DNA of 62,890 bases, counting the filler, from Octopus bimaculoides (Eukaryota): NCBI RefSeq assembly GCF_001194135.2. It is 5 parts of 5 records of this genome, joined end to end, with 100 filler letters (N's around TTAATTAATTAA, not from the genome) between each part and the next. Parts side by side here need not be neighbours in the genome. Positions count along the whole stretch, not along the records: positions 1 to 18,024 come from NC_068988.1; positions 18,125 to 33,637 come from NC_068982.1; 3 more parts are not named here. One strand, written 5' to 3'. The notes under the pieces were generated by a model. It worked only from the letters and a program-made list of their open reading frames with translations. It had not been told where the DNA came from and did not search any database. Positions within the stretch are counted from its first letter, which is position 1. The number at the start of each line of letters is the position of its first letter. This document shows, piece by piece, positions 11,091-23,869 of this stretch. Position numbers and translations under genes: made by a program.

Positions 11091-12431
11091 TCCAGAAAAT
11101 CCACAATAACATGCAAAAATTATACCTCATTCAGTCACATATACACACACATGTGAATACATGCACACAAACAAAAACATAAATGTATAAACATATACAT
11201 ATAGAATAGCATACACACACTTAGACTAAAACATACAGAAACACACATAAACGTAGAGAAACATTCACATACACAGACACAGAAAGAAGCATTCACACAC
11301 AGAAACAACAGAGACACACAATATACATAGTAGTTAAAATGTAAATGAAATCAACCAACCATCCAATTGCTAGCCACAATAACAACAACGTTGGTCTTCA
11401 TCAGTATGGTTGAGTTGTTGGTCCAGAGAAATGTTGATAAGACTGATTTGATATGGATGTCACTGTCAGATAAAACAGAGGCAGAACTGTTTTAGCAGTC
11501 AATAATGATATTAATGGAAATTAAAATAGACAGACTGTGGCTCCCTTTCTCTTTGAAACACTGCCATGAATGGCTGCATTGAGAAGATTTAAAAGAGAGG
11601 TACTATAGCAGTAGTAATGATGTACTGTGAGGGGTTGTCCTGTGGGTAGAAGGAACATTAGCCACTACTTAGAGATAGAGTAATAATGGTAAACATCTGC
11701 TAACAATTAATGACATTACTCAAGTCAAACCTCCCATAGTGAGAGACAAGCACATTTTAACAGCAGACACTTGGAAGATGTGAGTATGTGTGTCTGTATC
11801 TATCCTTCTATCTACCACCCCTTCTCTCTCTCCACACACACTCACACACATATACATAGCAACCTCTTTCAATGTTTAGGTGAGGTATGCCCATGTGTTT
11901 AAGAAGTCCACTTTGCAATGGCATGATCTGGGGTTCAGGCACACTGCAAGATACTTTTGGAAAGCGTTTTCAACTGTAGCCTCTAGCTGATGATGCCTTG
12001 TGAGTAAAGTTGGTAGACACAAACTGTGTAGAAACCCATCACGCACGAGTGCGTGCGTGTGTAGAAATCTAAACAAATGATTAGAAGTTCTAGTCTAAAG
12101 TGATGTAAAAGTATAAGACTATTAAAGCAGGTTATTTGTGATGATAAAGTCTCAAGGGATATAATTAACAACACTAATTAATCACTCAGGAAAGGAAGAG
12201 TATATAAACTGTATACAGCCACAAGATTCCCTTGGCAATAGTTCCAGTTACTTCCACCCTTCCTTGTTAAGTGAAAAGAAAAGAGTAAAAAGGGGAATTA
12301 AAGATGCATAAACAGATAGACTGACAGATAGCTAGCTAGATAGATAGATAGACTGACAGACATATAGAAAGGGGAGAGAGAGAAAGAGAGAGAGTAGAGA
12401 AAGAGAGAGAGTAGAGAAAGAAACAAACTGC

Positions 12432-12496
12432 CTTATGAAGGCTGTGTCCAATATTTTCTTGTATCTTAAAACAGTTTATCCTGGTCACAGATGGTG
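12432..12496 (-). CDS. candidate exon (SPSVTRINCFKIQENIGHSLHK)
   Basis: acceptor ttgactccattag; only one open frame; phase-1 start matches upstream candidate; weak GC donor. Confidence 0.3.
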
Positions 12497-13062
12497 CTAA
12501 TGGAGTCAACCAAGATGAAAATAACATTTAATAAATATATATTTTGGTTTAACATTTGTAACAAGTATTTATACTTTTATAATGAGGAACTTCCTTCTTG
12601 TCTGCAGATGTTGTAGAGATTAAGAATGTGAACTGAAACCTGGTTTAGACTGATCAACTTATATTGTACAAAGCTCTAAATTCATTTGTGTTAGTCAGCT
12701 AAATCAAGACAAACAATTAGAAAAGCAACAATTTATGTGCTTTTATTTCCATTGTAAACTAAGATAATAAACAACAAATGAAAGAAACTGAAGCACTTTG
12801 ACAAGCTTCCTCATGAATGGAATCCTAAAATGTTTTAGAACCTCAAGGAAAAGAAATAAATAAAAATCAATAAATGTTCTGAATTTAAATCTAAAGTGAA
12901 GAATAATACTTGTAGTTTGACAGTTTAAATTAGCATATAGCAATCACTGTTATACAAGCACATCTACTTATCTATGCACAAACATATACATGTAAGTACA
13001 TACACATCAATGTTACACATGTTTGTCAGGAAAAAACTAACAACAACAGAAAGAAACCTTAC

Positions 13063-13098
13063 ATTTCTGTTCTCTTTCTTCTTCAAAAGAAAACATCA
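13063..13098 (-). CDS. candidate 36-nt exon (LMFSFEEEREQK)
   Basis: acceptor gtttataatcag, donor gtaagg; only one open frame, phase 1-1. Confidence 0.35.
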
Positions 13099-13439
13099 CT
13101 GATTATAAACAGACTAAATACAATAAAATCATTGATGGCTGATATTGAATCAGATAAGAACTGGTTGACAAAATAAGAGAAATAACATGGTTCTACAAAT
13201 AGATAAGTTAATCACTGAATTGTCTGGCATAGTCACAGTACAGTGTCAGTCACAGTAGAGTACAGTGCAGTGTCAGTCACAGTACAGTACAGTGTTAGTC
13301 ACATTATGTTGTAAGTCTAATCATAGCACAGTATGACCAAGTTCGAAACAGTAATTATTACAACTTGTACCAAAGATGTACAATGCATATTTGTAAAACA
13401 TATGACATACATAAAAACATAAGATAGATAGATAGATAC

Positions 13440-13600
13440 ATACATACATACATACATACATACATACAAACAAACAAAAATACCTTGTTGTTGATGTTGA
13501 AATTCCAATGAAGGAGCCTCGGATCTAGGTTAGAAACTGGTTCTGTCTCCATTGACAAGAAATCTTGAAATAAACTGAATAATGACTGAATGACTGACTG
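13440..13600. repeat. interspersed repeat flanked by (CATA)n
   Basis: aaataccttgttgttgatgttgaaattccaatgaaggagcc...gaaataaactgaataatgac recalled as a common octopus repeat; single copy here. Confidence 0.4.
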
Positions 13601-13689
13601 ACTGACATACATACATACATACATACATACATACGTACACACATACATACATACATACATACATACATATTTTCAGTTATGAACTAAAA

Positions 13690-13795
13690 ATTGTGCTAGC
13701 GGTGTAAACATTGACACCTTCCCCAGAGCACTGTGCCACAGTAAACCAGTGAACAAGTAAAAAGCACTTACATTGAGAATTAGCAGTCAATAATG

Positions 13796-13831
<36 letters not shown>

Positions 13832-14040
13832 AACATATGCATACATATATGTATACACACACACACATGCAACAAGCTTCAGTATAGTCTCCATTTGCCA
13901 AATTCTACTCTCAAGGAATTGACCAGCCTGAGGCTGTAGTAGAAGACACTTGACTAAGTTGTCATAAAGTGGAAATGAATCTGGAACCACAAGGTTGTGA
14001 AGCAAACTTCTCACTCACACAACCATGCCTGCCTACATCC
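13690..14040 (-). mobile_element. OR/OK-type SINE, antisense
   Basis: agaagacacttg...gaaatgaatctggaaccaca.ggttgtgaagcaaacttc. Confidence 0.7.
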
Positions 14041-14275
14041 AGTGATTATTTCTCTCTCCCTTTGTTCTGAGTTCAAATCTCATGAGGATCAACTTCATCT
14101 TCCATAATTCTGATATCAATAAAATAAAAGTAGTCCTTGAGTACAGACCCCTATTACACCTATCATTAGTAATGGAGTTTGGCCAACATAAGAAATCAAT
14201 ACTAAACAGAAGCAAATACGTGATTTTGTAATTAAAATAACTGGTTATTCAACTAAAGTAGTTTTCTAAACTTAC

Positions 14276-14320
14276 AGCAAATATGATTTAGATGATTGCT
14301 TAAAGGATTATTAATATAAT
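14276..14320 (-). CDS. candidate 45-nt exon (YINNPLSNHLNHIC)
   Basis: acceptor ctattgtttttgctttgtag, donor gtaagt; only one open frame, phase 1-1. Confidence 0.4.
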
Positions 14321-14482
14321 CTACAAAGCAAAAACAATAGATCACGGAATAATAAAAGTGCAAGGAATAAAAGGAACTCATTCATGGAACTATAACCACC
14401 CCTTTACAAAAATTGGACTTGTGCCCATTAAATATACATAAATATGTATAATATATATTATATATATAATATATTGTATATA

Positions 14483-14692
14483 CAGGATAGCCCAAAAGTA
14501 GGTTTACAATTATTCAACTATCTCTTTCACATTCATATATTAATTTAGATCTTAGTTATAAAAAAAATATGAAACCATTATTCTATGCTAATTTACTTAA
14601 TTGTAAGACAGAAATTTAAATGTAATAAAATGTTTAAAAAAAAATTTAAAGTGCCTATGTGATAACTGTAAACCTACTATTGGGTCACCCTG
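14483..14692. mobile_element. Tc1/mariner-type MITE
   Basis: TA|caggatagcccaaaagtaggtttaca ... tgtaaacctactattgggtcaccctg|TA. Confidence 0.85.
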
Positions 14693-14920
14693 TATATATA
14701 AGTGTGTGTGTCTATAAATATATATGTGTGTGTGTGTGTGTATATAGAAATATATATGTATAAGGTTAGTAAAGTTATATATATATTATAAATATATATA
14801 TATATACATATATATAATATATATTGATAGGAAGGACAACAAAAGAAAGAAAGAGACCTCGATATTATGTAAATAGAGGAATTTATCTGTAAAAATATGT
14901 GACACTTATTCGGTAGCCAT

Positions 14921-14970
14921 GATAAAACTCTGAGTTTCGGATGCAGGGGTGGGAGCCGTCATCAACATCT

Positions 14971-14971
<1 letters not shown>
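14921..14971 (-). ncRNA. degenerate hammerhead-like motif in a Penelope-type repeat
   Basis: minus: TTGATGA c gg..cc GAAA ctcagag TT; C3 substituted, weak stems I and II. Confidence 0.35.
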
Positions 14972-15022
<51 letters not shown>

Positions 15023-15289
15023 NNNNNNNNNNNNNNNNNNNNNNNNNNNNNNNNNNNNNNNNNNNNNNNNNNNNNNNNNNNNNNNNNNNNNNNNNNNNNN
15101 NNNNNNNNNNNNNNNNNNNNNNNNNNNNNNNNNNNNNNNNNNNNNNNNNNNNNNNNNNNNNNNNNNNNNNNNNNNNNNNNNNNNNNNNNNNNNNNNNNNN
15201 NNNNNNNNNNNNNNNNNNNNNNNNNNNNNNNNNNNNNNNNNNNNNNNNNNNNNNNNNNNNNNNNNNNNNNNNNGGAACATTGTGCGCTC

Positions 15290-16870
15290 TAGGACTAACT
15301 TATATTTTACATTTGCGGCTCCATTGGTGGCTAATGAGCCCTGCTCTTGACAAGCATACATGACTGCAAACATTGCAGACCAAGCTTTCCCCATTCACTA
15401 TACGAGCCGTGCGCTTTCGCGCAGCTCGCTTAAGTTCTTCATGCTGGATACGTGCTCTCTCAAAAGTGTCGATTCCCTCCTTAACCTGCTTCCTCCATCT
15501 GTGGTGATGACAGGCATTATTCTCCCAGTCAGTGGATTTCCTGGTGCAGGCTGGAACATTACAACAGTCTTGTCTAGGCTAATGCTAAGTCCAAATGCCT
15601 TGCAAGAAGCAGAAATGCAATTCATGAGTATTTGCATGTCATCCACTGTATGCACCATCCCTCCAGACTGCACTAATAAGTTCATGAAGGGAGTGTGTGA
15701 TGTAATTACCACCAAATCGCATGACCTCAGCACAAATTCCATCCTTTCCAGGTGCCCAACCAAGATTCAATTTACTTATTGATGTCATTACTTCATCTCT
15801 TGAGGGCGGAGAGTCTAAGGAGCCAATGATAGGTCTTTGTTGCATAGTATCAATCACTGTTTCATCCACAACTGACTCATGGTTTAGGAGTTCAGAGAAG
15901 TGTTCGATCCAGCGACCTGTGATTTCTGTTGATTTAGTAAACAGGGTGGAAGACTCCTTGGAAAGCAAAGGAGCTGATGTGGAGCTCTTAGGTCCATAAG
16001 CNNNNNNNNNNNNNNNNNNNNNNNNNNNNNNNNNNNNNNNNNNNNNNTCCATAAGCTCACTTCATAAGATGGTAAAGCTTCTTGCTGTCATTTGCATCAG
16101 CAGTAGCCTGAACATCACGAGCAAGATCCTCCCACCAAATGTTCTGCATCTTCCTGAGAGATCGCTGCAGTAGTGATTTTACACTGTTTTAGTGGGCAAG
16201 TGCTAGACTTCACTGCACAGTAGACAGTTCTCTGTGTAGCAATACACTGTGAGCATGGCGCTTTACCACCAATAGTCGCTGAACTTCAGCATCATTCTCG
16301 TCAAATCAGTCTCTGTGTCTGGCAGTAACATATCCCAGGGTTTCGGCTGCACATAGTAGAACGCGGTCTCGAAAATCCTCCCATGCTGCAGCAGTTTCAA
16401 TGCTAGACAAGCAAGTCTGAAGCTCTTTACTAACCACACCATCATATACCTTGTGGACATTTAGACGGTGAGGAATGCTGACTGGTCCTCTTCTCTCTTT
16501 CACTCTAATTACCATTCGGAACTTTGCTCGCACCAGACTATGGTCTGTCCAGCATTCTGATCCATGGAAGGACCTGACATTACAAATGTCATAAATGTCG
16601 CGCTTGCGGATGATGACATAATCCAGCAAGTGCCAAACTTTGGAACTTGGCTGCATCCATGTTGTTGTGTGATCACCTTTGTGCATAAAATGAGTGCTTG
16701 TGATGTAAAGTCCATGTTCTTCACAAAGCTCCAGTAGCATGAAACCATTGCTATTCATTTTCCCTACTCCAAAACGTCCTAGAGAGTTCCATGTTTGCTA
16801 GTCTGTTCCAACTCTGGCATTAAAATCATCCAGTAGAATGGCTATTAGAATTGGGGATTTTTCTAAGTAT
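15290..16870 (-). pseudogene. RTE LINE with AP endonuclease, internally deleted RT and C-terminal zinc finger
   Basis: DDFNARVG, TWMQPSSKVWHLLDYVI, ECWTDHSLV; RWIEHFSELLN, APGKDGI; DDMQ...FGLSISLDKT; CNVCSHVCLSRAGLISH. Confidence 0.92.
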
Positions 16871-16989
16871 GGCTCTCAGCTGGGTATAAAAGATTGTTTA
16901 TCTTCATCACGGCTAGTCAAAGTAGGTGCATAAGTACTTATTAGAGTAGCAAACTGCTTACCTTTCAAGTGCATACATACATACATATA

Positions 16990-17290
16990 TAGGTGTATGC
17001 ATGGTTTTGTGGTAAAAAGCTTGCTTCTCATCCACATGGTTCCAAGTTCAGTCCCACTGTGTGGCACCTTAGCCAAGTGTCTTTTACTGTAACCTTGGGC
17101 CGACCACTTGATAATCGTTGTTGGTGTGCTTACATCACCCTAAGTTAGTGGTTTTGTGAAAGAGAATGATAGAATTAGTACTAGGCTTAAAAAATAAGTC
17201 CTGGGGTTGATTTGTTTAACTAGAACCCTTCAAGGCAGTGTCCCAGCATGGCCGCAGCCAAATGACTGAAACAGGTAAAGCATAAAAGCA
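16990..17290 (+). mobile_element. OR/OK-type SINE
   Basis: head agcttgcttctca.ccacatggttccaagttcagtcccactg; tail ggcagtgtcccagcatggccgcagccaaatgactgaaac. Confidence 0.8.
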
Positions 17291-17505
17291 AAAAATATAG
17301 GAAGTTAATTATATAGTCAGTCATGGAGTGACCAATGATTTTACATCCATAAGGTGCTTAACTTCGTAGACGACTTGTCAGACTCCACTGGCCGCAGATA
17401 CTTGAGTTTGACTGGCCATATAATTTACTTCCTGTAAATACATTACTGGTCTAATGTTTAGAGTGTGCTTCTATTTCAGATGTATGTTCCACCGACGATA
17501 TATAA

Positions 17506-17547
<42 letters not shown>

Positions 17548-17651
17548 TATGTACGTATATGTATGTGTATACGTGTGTGTATACATATGTATATGTATGT
17601 GTATTTATATGTGTGTGTATACATAGATATATTGAAATATATATATATCAT

Positions 17652-18024
17652 CAGCGTAGCACTCTGTTGGTTATGACAACAAGGGTTCCAGTTGATCCAA
17701 TGAACAGAACAGCCTGCTCATGAAATTAACGTGCAAGTGGCTGAGCACTCCACAGATATGTGTACCCTTAACATAGTTCTCGGGGAGATTCAGCGTGACA
17801 CAGAGTGTGACAAGGCTGGCTCTTTGAAATACAGGTACAACAGAAACAGGAAGGGAGAGTGAGAAAAAGTTGTGGTGAAAGAGTACAGCAGGTTTCACCA
17901 CCATCCCCTGCCGGAGCCTCGTGGAACTTTAGGTGTTTTCGCTAAATAAACACTCACAATGCTCGCTCTGAGAATCGATACCGCGCTCCTACAACTGCGA
18001 GTCCGCTGCCGTAACCACTGGGCC
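17652..18024 (-). mobile_element. near full-length tRNA-derived SINE, third family
   Basis: reverse complement of 61401-61783 along its length. Confidence 0.88.
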
Positions 18025-18124
18025 NNNNNNNNNNNNNNNNNNNNNNNNNNNNNNNNNNNNNNNNNNNNTTAATTAATTAANNNNNNNNNNNNNNNNNNNN
18101 NNNNNNNNNNNNNNNNNNNNNNNN
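18025..18124. other. artificial scaffold linker (44N-TTAATTAATTAA-44N)
   Basis: six-frame-stop 12-mer at 18069-18080; same geometry at three other sites. Confidence 0.95.
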
Positions 18125-18174
<50 letters not shown>

Positions 18175-18185
18175 TGATGATGATG

Positions 18186-18216
<31 letters not shown>

Positions 18217-18242
18217 TAATAATAATAATAATAATAATAATG

Positions 18243-18301
<59 letters not shown>

Positions 18302-18302
18302 G
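18125..18302. repeat. (AAT)n array at the tail of an antisense MetaSINE-like copy
   Basis: direct reading. Confidence 0.9.
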
Positions 18303-18535
18303 ATAATCCTTTCTGTTATGGGCACAAGGCCTAAATTTGTTTCTTTTGCGAGGAAGGCGGGGATAAATTGATTACATCCATCCCAATACTCAACTGCTAC
18401 TTATTTTATCGACCCCGCAAGGATGAAAGGCAAAGTCCCCCTTGGTGAAGTTTGAACTCAGAAAGTAAAGTTGGAAGAAATACCGCTAAGCATTTTTCCT
18501 AACGTGCTGAAGTGCACATTCTGTCAGCTCGCTGC
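18303..18535 (-). mobile_element. MetaSINE-like copy
   Basis: ctacttattttatcgaccccgcaaggatgaaaggcaaag..tttgaactcag. Confidence 0.8.
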
Positions 18536-18560
18536 TTTCATCATCGTCGTCATCATCATC

Positions 18561-18610
<50 letters not shown>

Positions 18611-18822
18611 TCAGACAAATACATAACAAAAACACTAGGACTTACAAATATATATAACATACAGAAAATTGCACTGCTGGGCACTGCACACATCCTACGC
18701 AAAACACTTTCAATACAGTAACCATAAGAACATCACAGCAAACCACAGCACATACCCAAGGCACACAGAGCTACGCTCGGTAGTGAAGTGAAAGCACGTT
18801 ATAAAAATAAAACTACTGAACA
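18611..18822 (+). mobile_element. R4/Dong-like retrotransposon 3' end, family A
   Basis: SDKYITKTLGLTNIYNIQKIALLGTAHILRKTLSIQ* plus 3' UTR; (AAT)n on both sides. Confidence 0.85.
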
Positions 18823-18847
18823 ATAATAATAATAATAATAATAATAG

Positions 18848-19172
18848 CCAAGAAGGAAGGCGAAAAATAGATGAATGCAACCTTCTTAAGTACGAAATAG
18901 CCCGGCTGTGGAAAATGAAGAAGGTGAAGATAGTGCCAATTATTGTCGGGTCCTTGGGAATAGTATCAGAAGGCATCAAGAAGAATATCAAGGAAATTGG
19001 AATAGAGTGCCCAGTAGAACTGTTAAAAATATTTTGCCTCCTTGGAACGGCCAGAGTAATCAGAAGAGTATTTGATAGCTGAAAACAACGAATAGCATGG
19101 TGCCGTAGGCTGCAGGTAGCAAGCCCGCTACGCATGGAGGATTCCAGGAGCTCCAACAAAACTTGTCATAAA
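18848..19172 (+). mobile_element. R4/Dong-like 3' end, family B
   Basis: KYEIARLWKMKKVKIVPIIVGSLGIVS...LLGTARVIRRVFDS*; (AAT)n on both sides. Confidence 0.85.
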
Positions 19173-19175
19173 GAG

Positions 19176-19267
<92 letters not shown>

Positions 19268-19814
19268 GATAATAATAATGATAATTTGTGTCAGAGGTAT
19301 GTGGTTTCGAATTATTGTTTTGTTGGCGAGAATGATCTATCGATTGTATCGAAACCAGAAATTTATTGATAGGTTTTGTTTTTTTTTATTTGCCCAACCT
19401 GGAAAGATGAAAAGATAAAGTTGATCTACGTATATCATAAGCTGTCCTTCATTAGCTTTTTATTGTTGCTTTCCGGCGTTGTAAAGATTCTGTTAATCCA
19501 CGACGGCGATCACTACAATGACGATGGTTATAAAACGTGCAGGCGGTGCTGGTGGCGGAGAGGAAGATGGTTACAACGACGATGATAGTCAGGCCATACA
19601 GACGATCACAACGATGAATAATGATGGTTGTCATCATCACCATCATAGTCATCATTATAATTATGATGACGGGGTTGAGAGCGGATGGGCAGAGGTGAGA
19701 AGGCAGAAGGAAGAGGGAGCTGATGATGGTGATGCCAATAACATTAGAGACAGCTGTAGTGACGTAGATAGTAATGACCATTAAATCTGTTGACCACAGT
19801 GATGAAGAGATTAC

Positions 19815-19921
19815 GTTAAATCAATAACAAAGATGGCTACTCTTTCATTTCGTAAGCTGTTTCTTGCCAGTTTCTTTGTATTTTTTATTTCGTCGAAATA
19901 AAATTCGGTTTGTGTCTCCAT
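19815..19921 (-). CDS. possible ATG-bearing exon (METQTEFYFDEIKNTKKLARNSLRNERVAIFVIDL)
   Basis: acceptor aaatttgtag 8 nt upstream of ATG, donor gtaatc, further donor tag|gtaatc near 20100; no homology recognised. Confidence 0.2.
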
Positions 19922-20323
19922 CTTAGACACTACAAATTTTAACGACGAAGGATTTAACTTGTCTCTTCGAAATAGGTTTACAAGTAGGTTAACAATATAT
20001 AATACATAAATATCATGTGTGTACATAAAAATTTGATTATCAAATTTAATACACGTTTCTGTTTATGAATCACCAACATTTAGAATAAATTTGATTACCT
20101 ACACCGCGCAGGTGACCAAGAACGCCAGTGTGTATGTGTTTATATAGCAGGGGCTGTGTGCGCATGTGTGAGTGTTGAAGTGTATTTATGAGTGTGCATT
20201 TGTCTGTGCGTGTATTTGTGAGTGTGTTCCTATCTGTCTATGGGTGTGCTTCTCTAACTCTTATCGAATTTCTTAAGCGGCCATATGCACATACACACAT
20301 ACATATGTGTGTGTGTGCGTGTG

Positions 20324-20366
<43 letters not shown>

Positions 20367-20444
20367 TATATACGTGTGTGTGTATATATATGTATATATA
20401 TATGCATGTATATATGTATATATATGTATATATATGTATGTATG

Positions 20445-20493
<49 letters not shown>

Positions 20494-20599
20494 GTATGTA
20501 TGTATGTATGTATGTACGTACGTACGTGTGTTGCGTGTGAGTGTTCGCTTTTTCTTAATTTAGAGTGAATTTTGACTTTTTGACTGGCCATCTTGATAG

Positions 20600-21690
20600 C
20601 AAGGTTGTGAAGGAAAGCATCTTGTTTTGTTCATTATCTTTTTAATTTAAGGTCTTACAGATTTTTAGTGTCCCAGATATCGTGATCCTTTTTAAGTGTA
20701 TGAATTAAGTAAGGACTTGCGTTCTCTTCCCATGATCCTAAGTTCAGCCATACTTTGCTCCAGACGGGTTTCTATGTATCCTGTTGCTCCAACAATAATA
20801 GGTATGAAACTGAAAGTATATCTTGAGCACTGAAATTTCAAATTCCCCTTCAAATTCCATTTTTCTCACCACATTGGTGTCCAGATGGCAGTTGATTTCC
20901 ACAACAGAACATATCTTCTCTTTGTAGTCACATACAACGATATCTGGCTGGTTGTGTTTTAACTTGGAGGTAATTTTAATTTTTAAATTCTTCCAATATT
21001 CTTATAAAACACCAGTCTCTGTATACGAGTTAACCTTGCCTGTGGGTGTTTTCTTTTATGGTGTCCCGTTCCAGATTGTTCTGGCCAATGCAGCATGCCT
21101 CATGGGAAGACAATTTCAAAAACCATTCTCTCGCAGTTGTTAATAGTGTGGTTGATGTCTCCACTCTTTGTTTTGCACAGCCAACATTTGTTCTCTGTCT
21201 GTTTTCTGCCTTTTATGATGTAGGTACATGGTTGGGGATCACTTGTTCGTGAATTGTATGGAGATAGCCTTCGAAGTGGAATGCCATAAACTAGACGGTA
21301 CACCTTCTATGCTCTGTGTTTTTCGTGCCTAGTACCCGTGTACTAGCTTCTCAGTAAACTTGTCCGATTTTTTCTTCTTTCTATTCTTTTGATACATAGA
21401 ATTTACCATTACTCCTTGGGGAGAGGTCTGTATTAGTTCTTATATCGTGTTTCTCCTTAAGTTCTTTAGCTTTGCTAATTATGTTATTGATCTCAAAGTT
21501 GCAAATTTGTTCAAGGCTAGTTAATTGCTACTTTCCTCTGCTGCAGATGTGGTTTCAGTGTCCTATTACGTATTTCGTACATCAATACACATCTGAGACC
21601 ACTACCGCCATACTTGTGCGGGAAGCATAGCCCATCTACATCTCCAATGATGTTGAAGTTCCGGTAACACTGAACAGCTTGCAATGTATG
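20600..21690 (-). pseudogene. R4/Dong-like fragment (post-RT, CCHC, RLE), family D
   Basis: LCFPHKYGGSGLR; NKCWLCKTKSGDINHTINNC; HNQPDIVV..KEKICSVVEI. Confidence 0.85.
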
Positions 21691-21794
21691 TATGTCTTTC
21701 TCTCTGGGTTTGTCTCCTGTTACAGCTTAAATATATATATTTCTTTCTTTCTTTCTTTATTTATTTATTTATATGCATGTATGTGTATGTATAT

Positions 21795-21985
21795 ATTTCC
21801 GTGTCTATGATTGTCCCCCAACATCGTTTGACAACCGAGGCTGGTGTGTTTACGTCCCCGTAACTTAGCGGCTCGGTAAAAGAGCCCGATAGAATAAGTA
21901 CTAGGCTTACAAAGAAAAAGTCCTAAAGGCGGTGCTCCAGCATAGCCGCAGTCAAATGATTGAAAGAAGTAAAAAAATAAAAGTA
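21795..21985 (+). mobile_element. OR/OK-type SINE 3' half
   Basis: gacaaccg..gctggtgtgtttacgtccccgtaacttagcgg...ggcggtgctccagcatagccgcagtcaaatg. Confidence 0.85.
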
Positions 21986-23329
21986 CATATATATATANNN
22001 NNNNNNNNNNNNNNNNNNNNNNNNNNNNNNNNNNNNNNNNNNNNNNNNNNNNNNNNNNNNNNNNNNNNNNNNNNNNNNNNNNNNNNNNNNNNNNNNNNNN
22101 NNNNNNNNNNNNNNNNNNNNNNNNNNNNNNNNNNNNNNNNNNNNNNNNNNNNNNNNNNNNNNNNNNNNNNNNNNNNNNNNNNNNNNNNNNNNNNNNNNNN
22201 NNNNTATATATAATATATATATATATATACATACATACATGCAGACACATGCACAAAAATGTCAAAGCAAATTACCCACGACCTACCATTAGGAGCCCAG
22301 CAACCGTAATAAATTGGAGATGCACTGATCTCCGCTCAAGGGCATCCAACAGGAGTACTTACACTATCGCGATGTACTAGTTCGGAATTATGTTTAGAGC
22401 GAAGGAATAGGTACGTGACCTTATTTTAAACGCTATTGAATATGAATTTGGTCAGTGATATAACTAAGAAATTTCTCTCTCTGGTAAGACAACATTTTCC
22501 GTTAGCACACAGACATAACAAACGCTTGGACACCAATAACTTTAGGATCGGCTATTCCTACTTAGCTAAATCACTTCCTTGATCACAAACGGCAACCGAA
22601 ATCACTTCCTTGATCACAAACAGCCACCATTCCACAGTAGAAATATTTCTATCTGCCCCGACAGAGGACGGGTAAATGCACAAAGTATTACTAACACAGC
22701 GTGACGATATTGAAAAGAAGGAGATGGGGTTTAAAGAGAAAACATTTCAAAATTGCTGCAACATGAAGATGCATTCAGATCAGTCAGTGAGAAAACTTCA
22801 GAACATTGTTCCAATTCTACTGGAAACTAAAAATTCATGGATCGAAACATGTAACACCATGAACGATGCAACGCTATACTTCAATGTATCTGTGTGTGTG
22901 TGTGTTTGTGTATGTGTGTGTGTGTGTGCGTGTGTATTCATGCGTGCGTATGTAAAAATTGCGGGTACGGTTGAGTATACCTTCTTTTATAGACGCAAGA
23001 AATTCGACAAGTTTTTTGTTCGGTTTCTATGACATTATACAAGTGGCAGAACTCTTTTTTCTTTTTTTTGCACCTCATACCATCGAAGATAATTTTAACC
23101 TCTGCAAGCCAACGAAACACTCATCAGTTATTCAGTGTACCCGCTTCTTGTACCTATGGCCTTTACTACACTTCACAACTGGTGAGAGATGTGTCTTGAA
23201 GAGAGACACAATGCATCCACCAGTCGATAAAAAGGTTCGTGTTGTTGTTGTTGTTGTTGTTAAGAAATCTGGTTTGTGATGTTCCGGAATAAATACTACA
23301 AGGCAGTATCGGACAGTTTAACAATTGCG

Positions 23330-23432
23330 TAAGGAGGAGGAGGAGGAGGAGGAGGAGGTGGAGGAAGAGAGAAGAAGAAGAAGAAGAAGAAGAAGAAGAA
23401 GAAGAAGAAGAAGAAGAAGAAGAAGAAGAAGA
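23330..23432. repeat. (GGA)n/(GAA)n microsatellite
   Basis: direct reading. Confidence 0.95.
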
Positions 23433-23869
23433 ATTTTTCCTACAATTGGTAGAAGACCGGAAATTTAGTGGGGTGGGGTTAGTCAATTTCAACAACTGCG
23501 GTGCTCACCTGGTACTTATTCTGTCAACACCGAAAATGTAATGATTTCTCTTATTGGCCACAAACGGTCCAAGGCATCGAAGACAATATCAAGAATCAAT
23601 CAGAAGGAATCAACAACAAAATGTATTTAGAAAAAAAAGGATATCAATATAAGAATTCAGAGAAATAAATAAACAGAATCCTCTGTAGTAAGGAAATTAT
23701 TTTTTCGGGGGTCACTAAGACAAGAACCAGGTCAGCACTGGGATGGATGTAACTGACAAACACCTTCTCTCTAAATTTTAGGTCTTGTGTCCATACTAGA
23801 AAGGATTCTTCTTGCCCTTCTTTTTATTGTCATTATTATTGTTGTTATCGTTGTTGTTGTTGTTGTTTT

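Noticed and set aside
19518-19784. Asp/Gly/His-rich ORF
   Set aside because: Low-complexity GAT/CAT/GGT sequence with no domain
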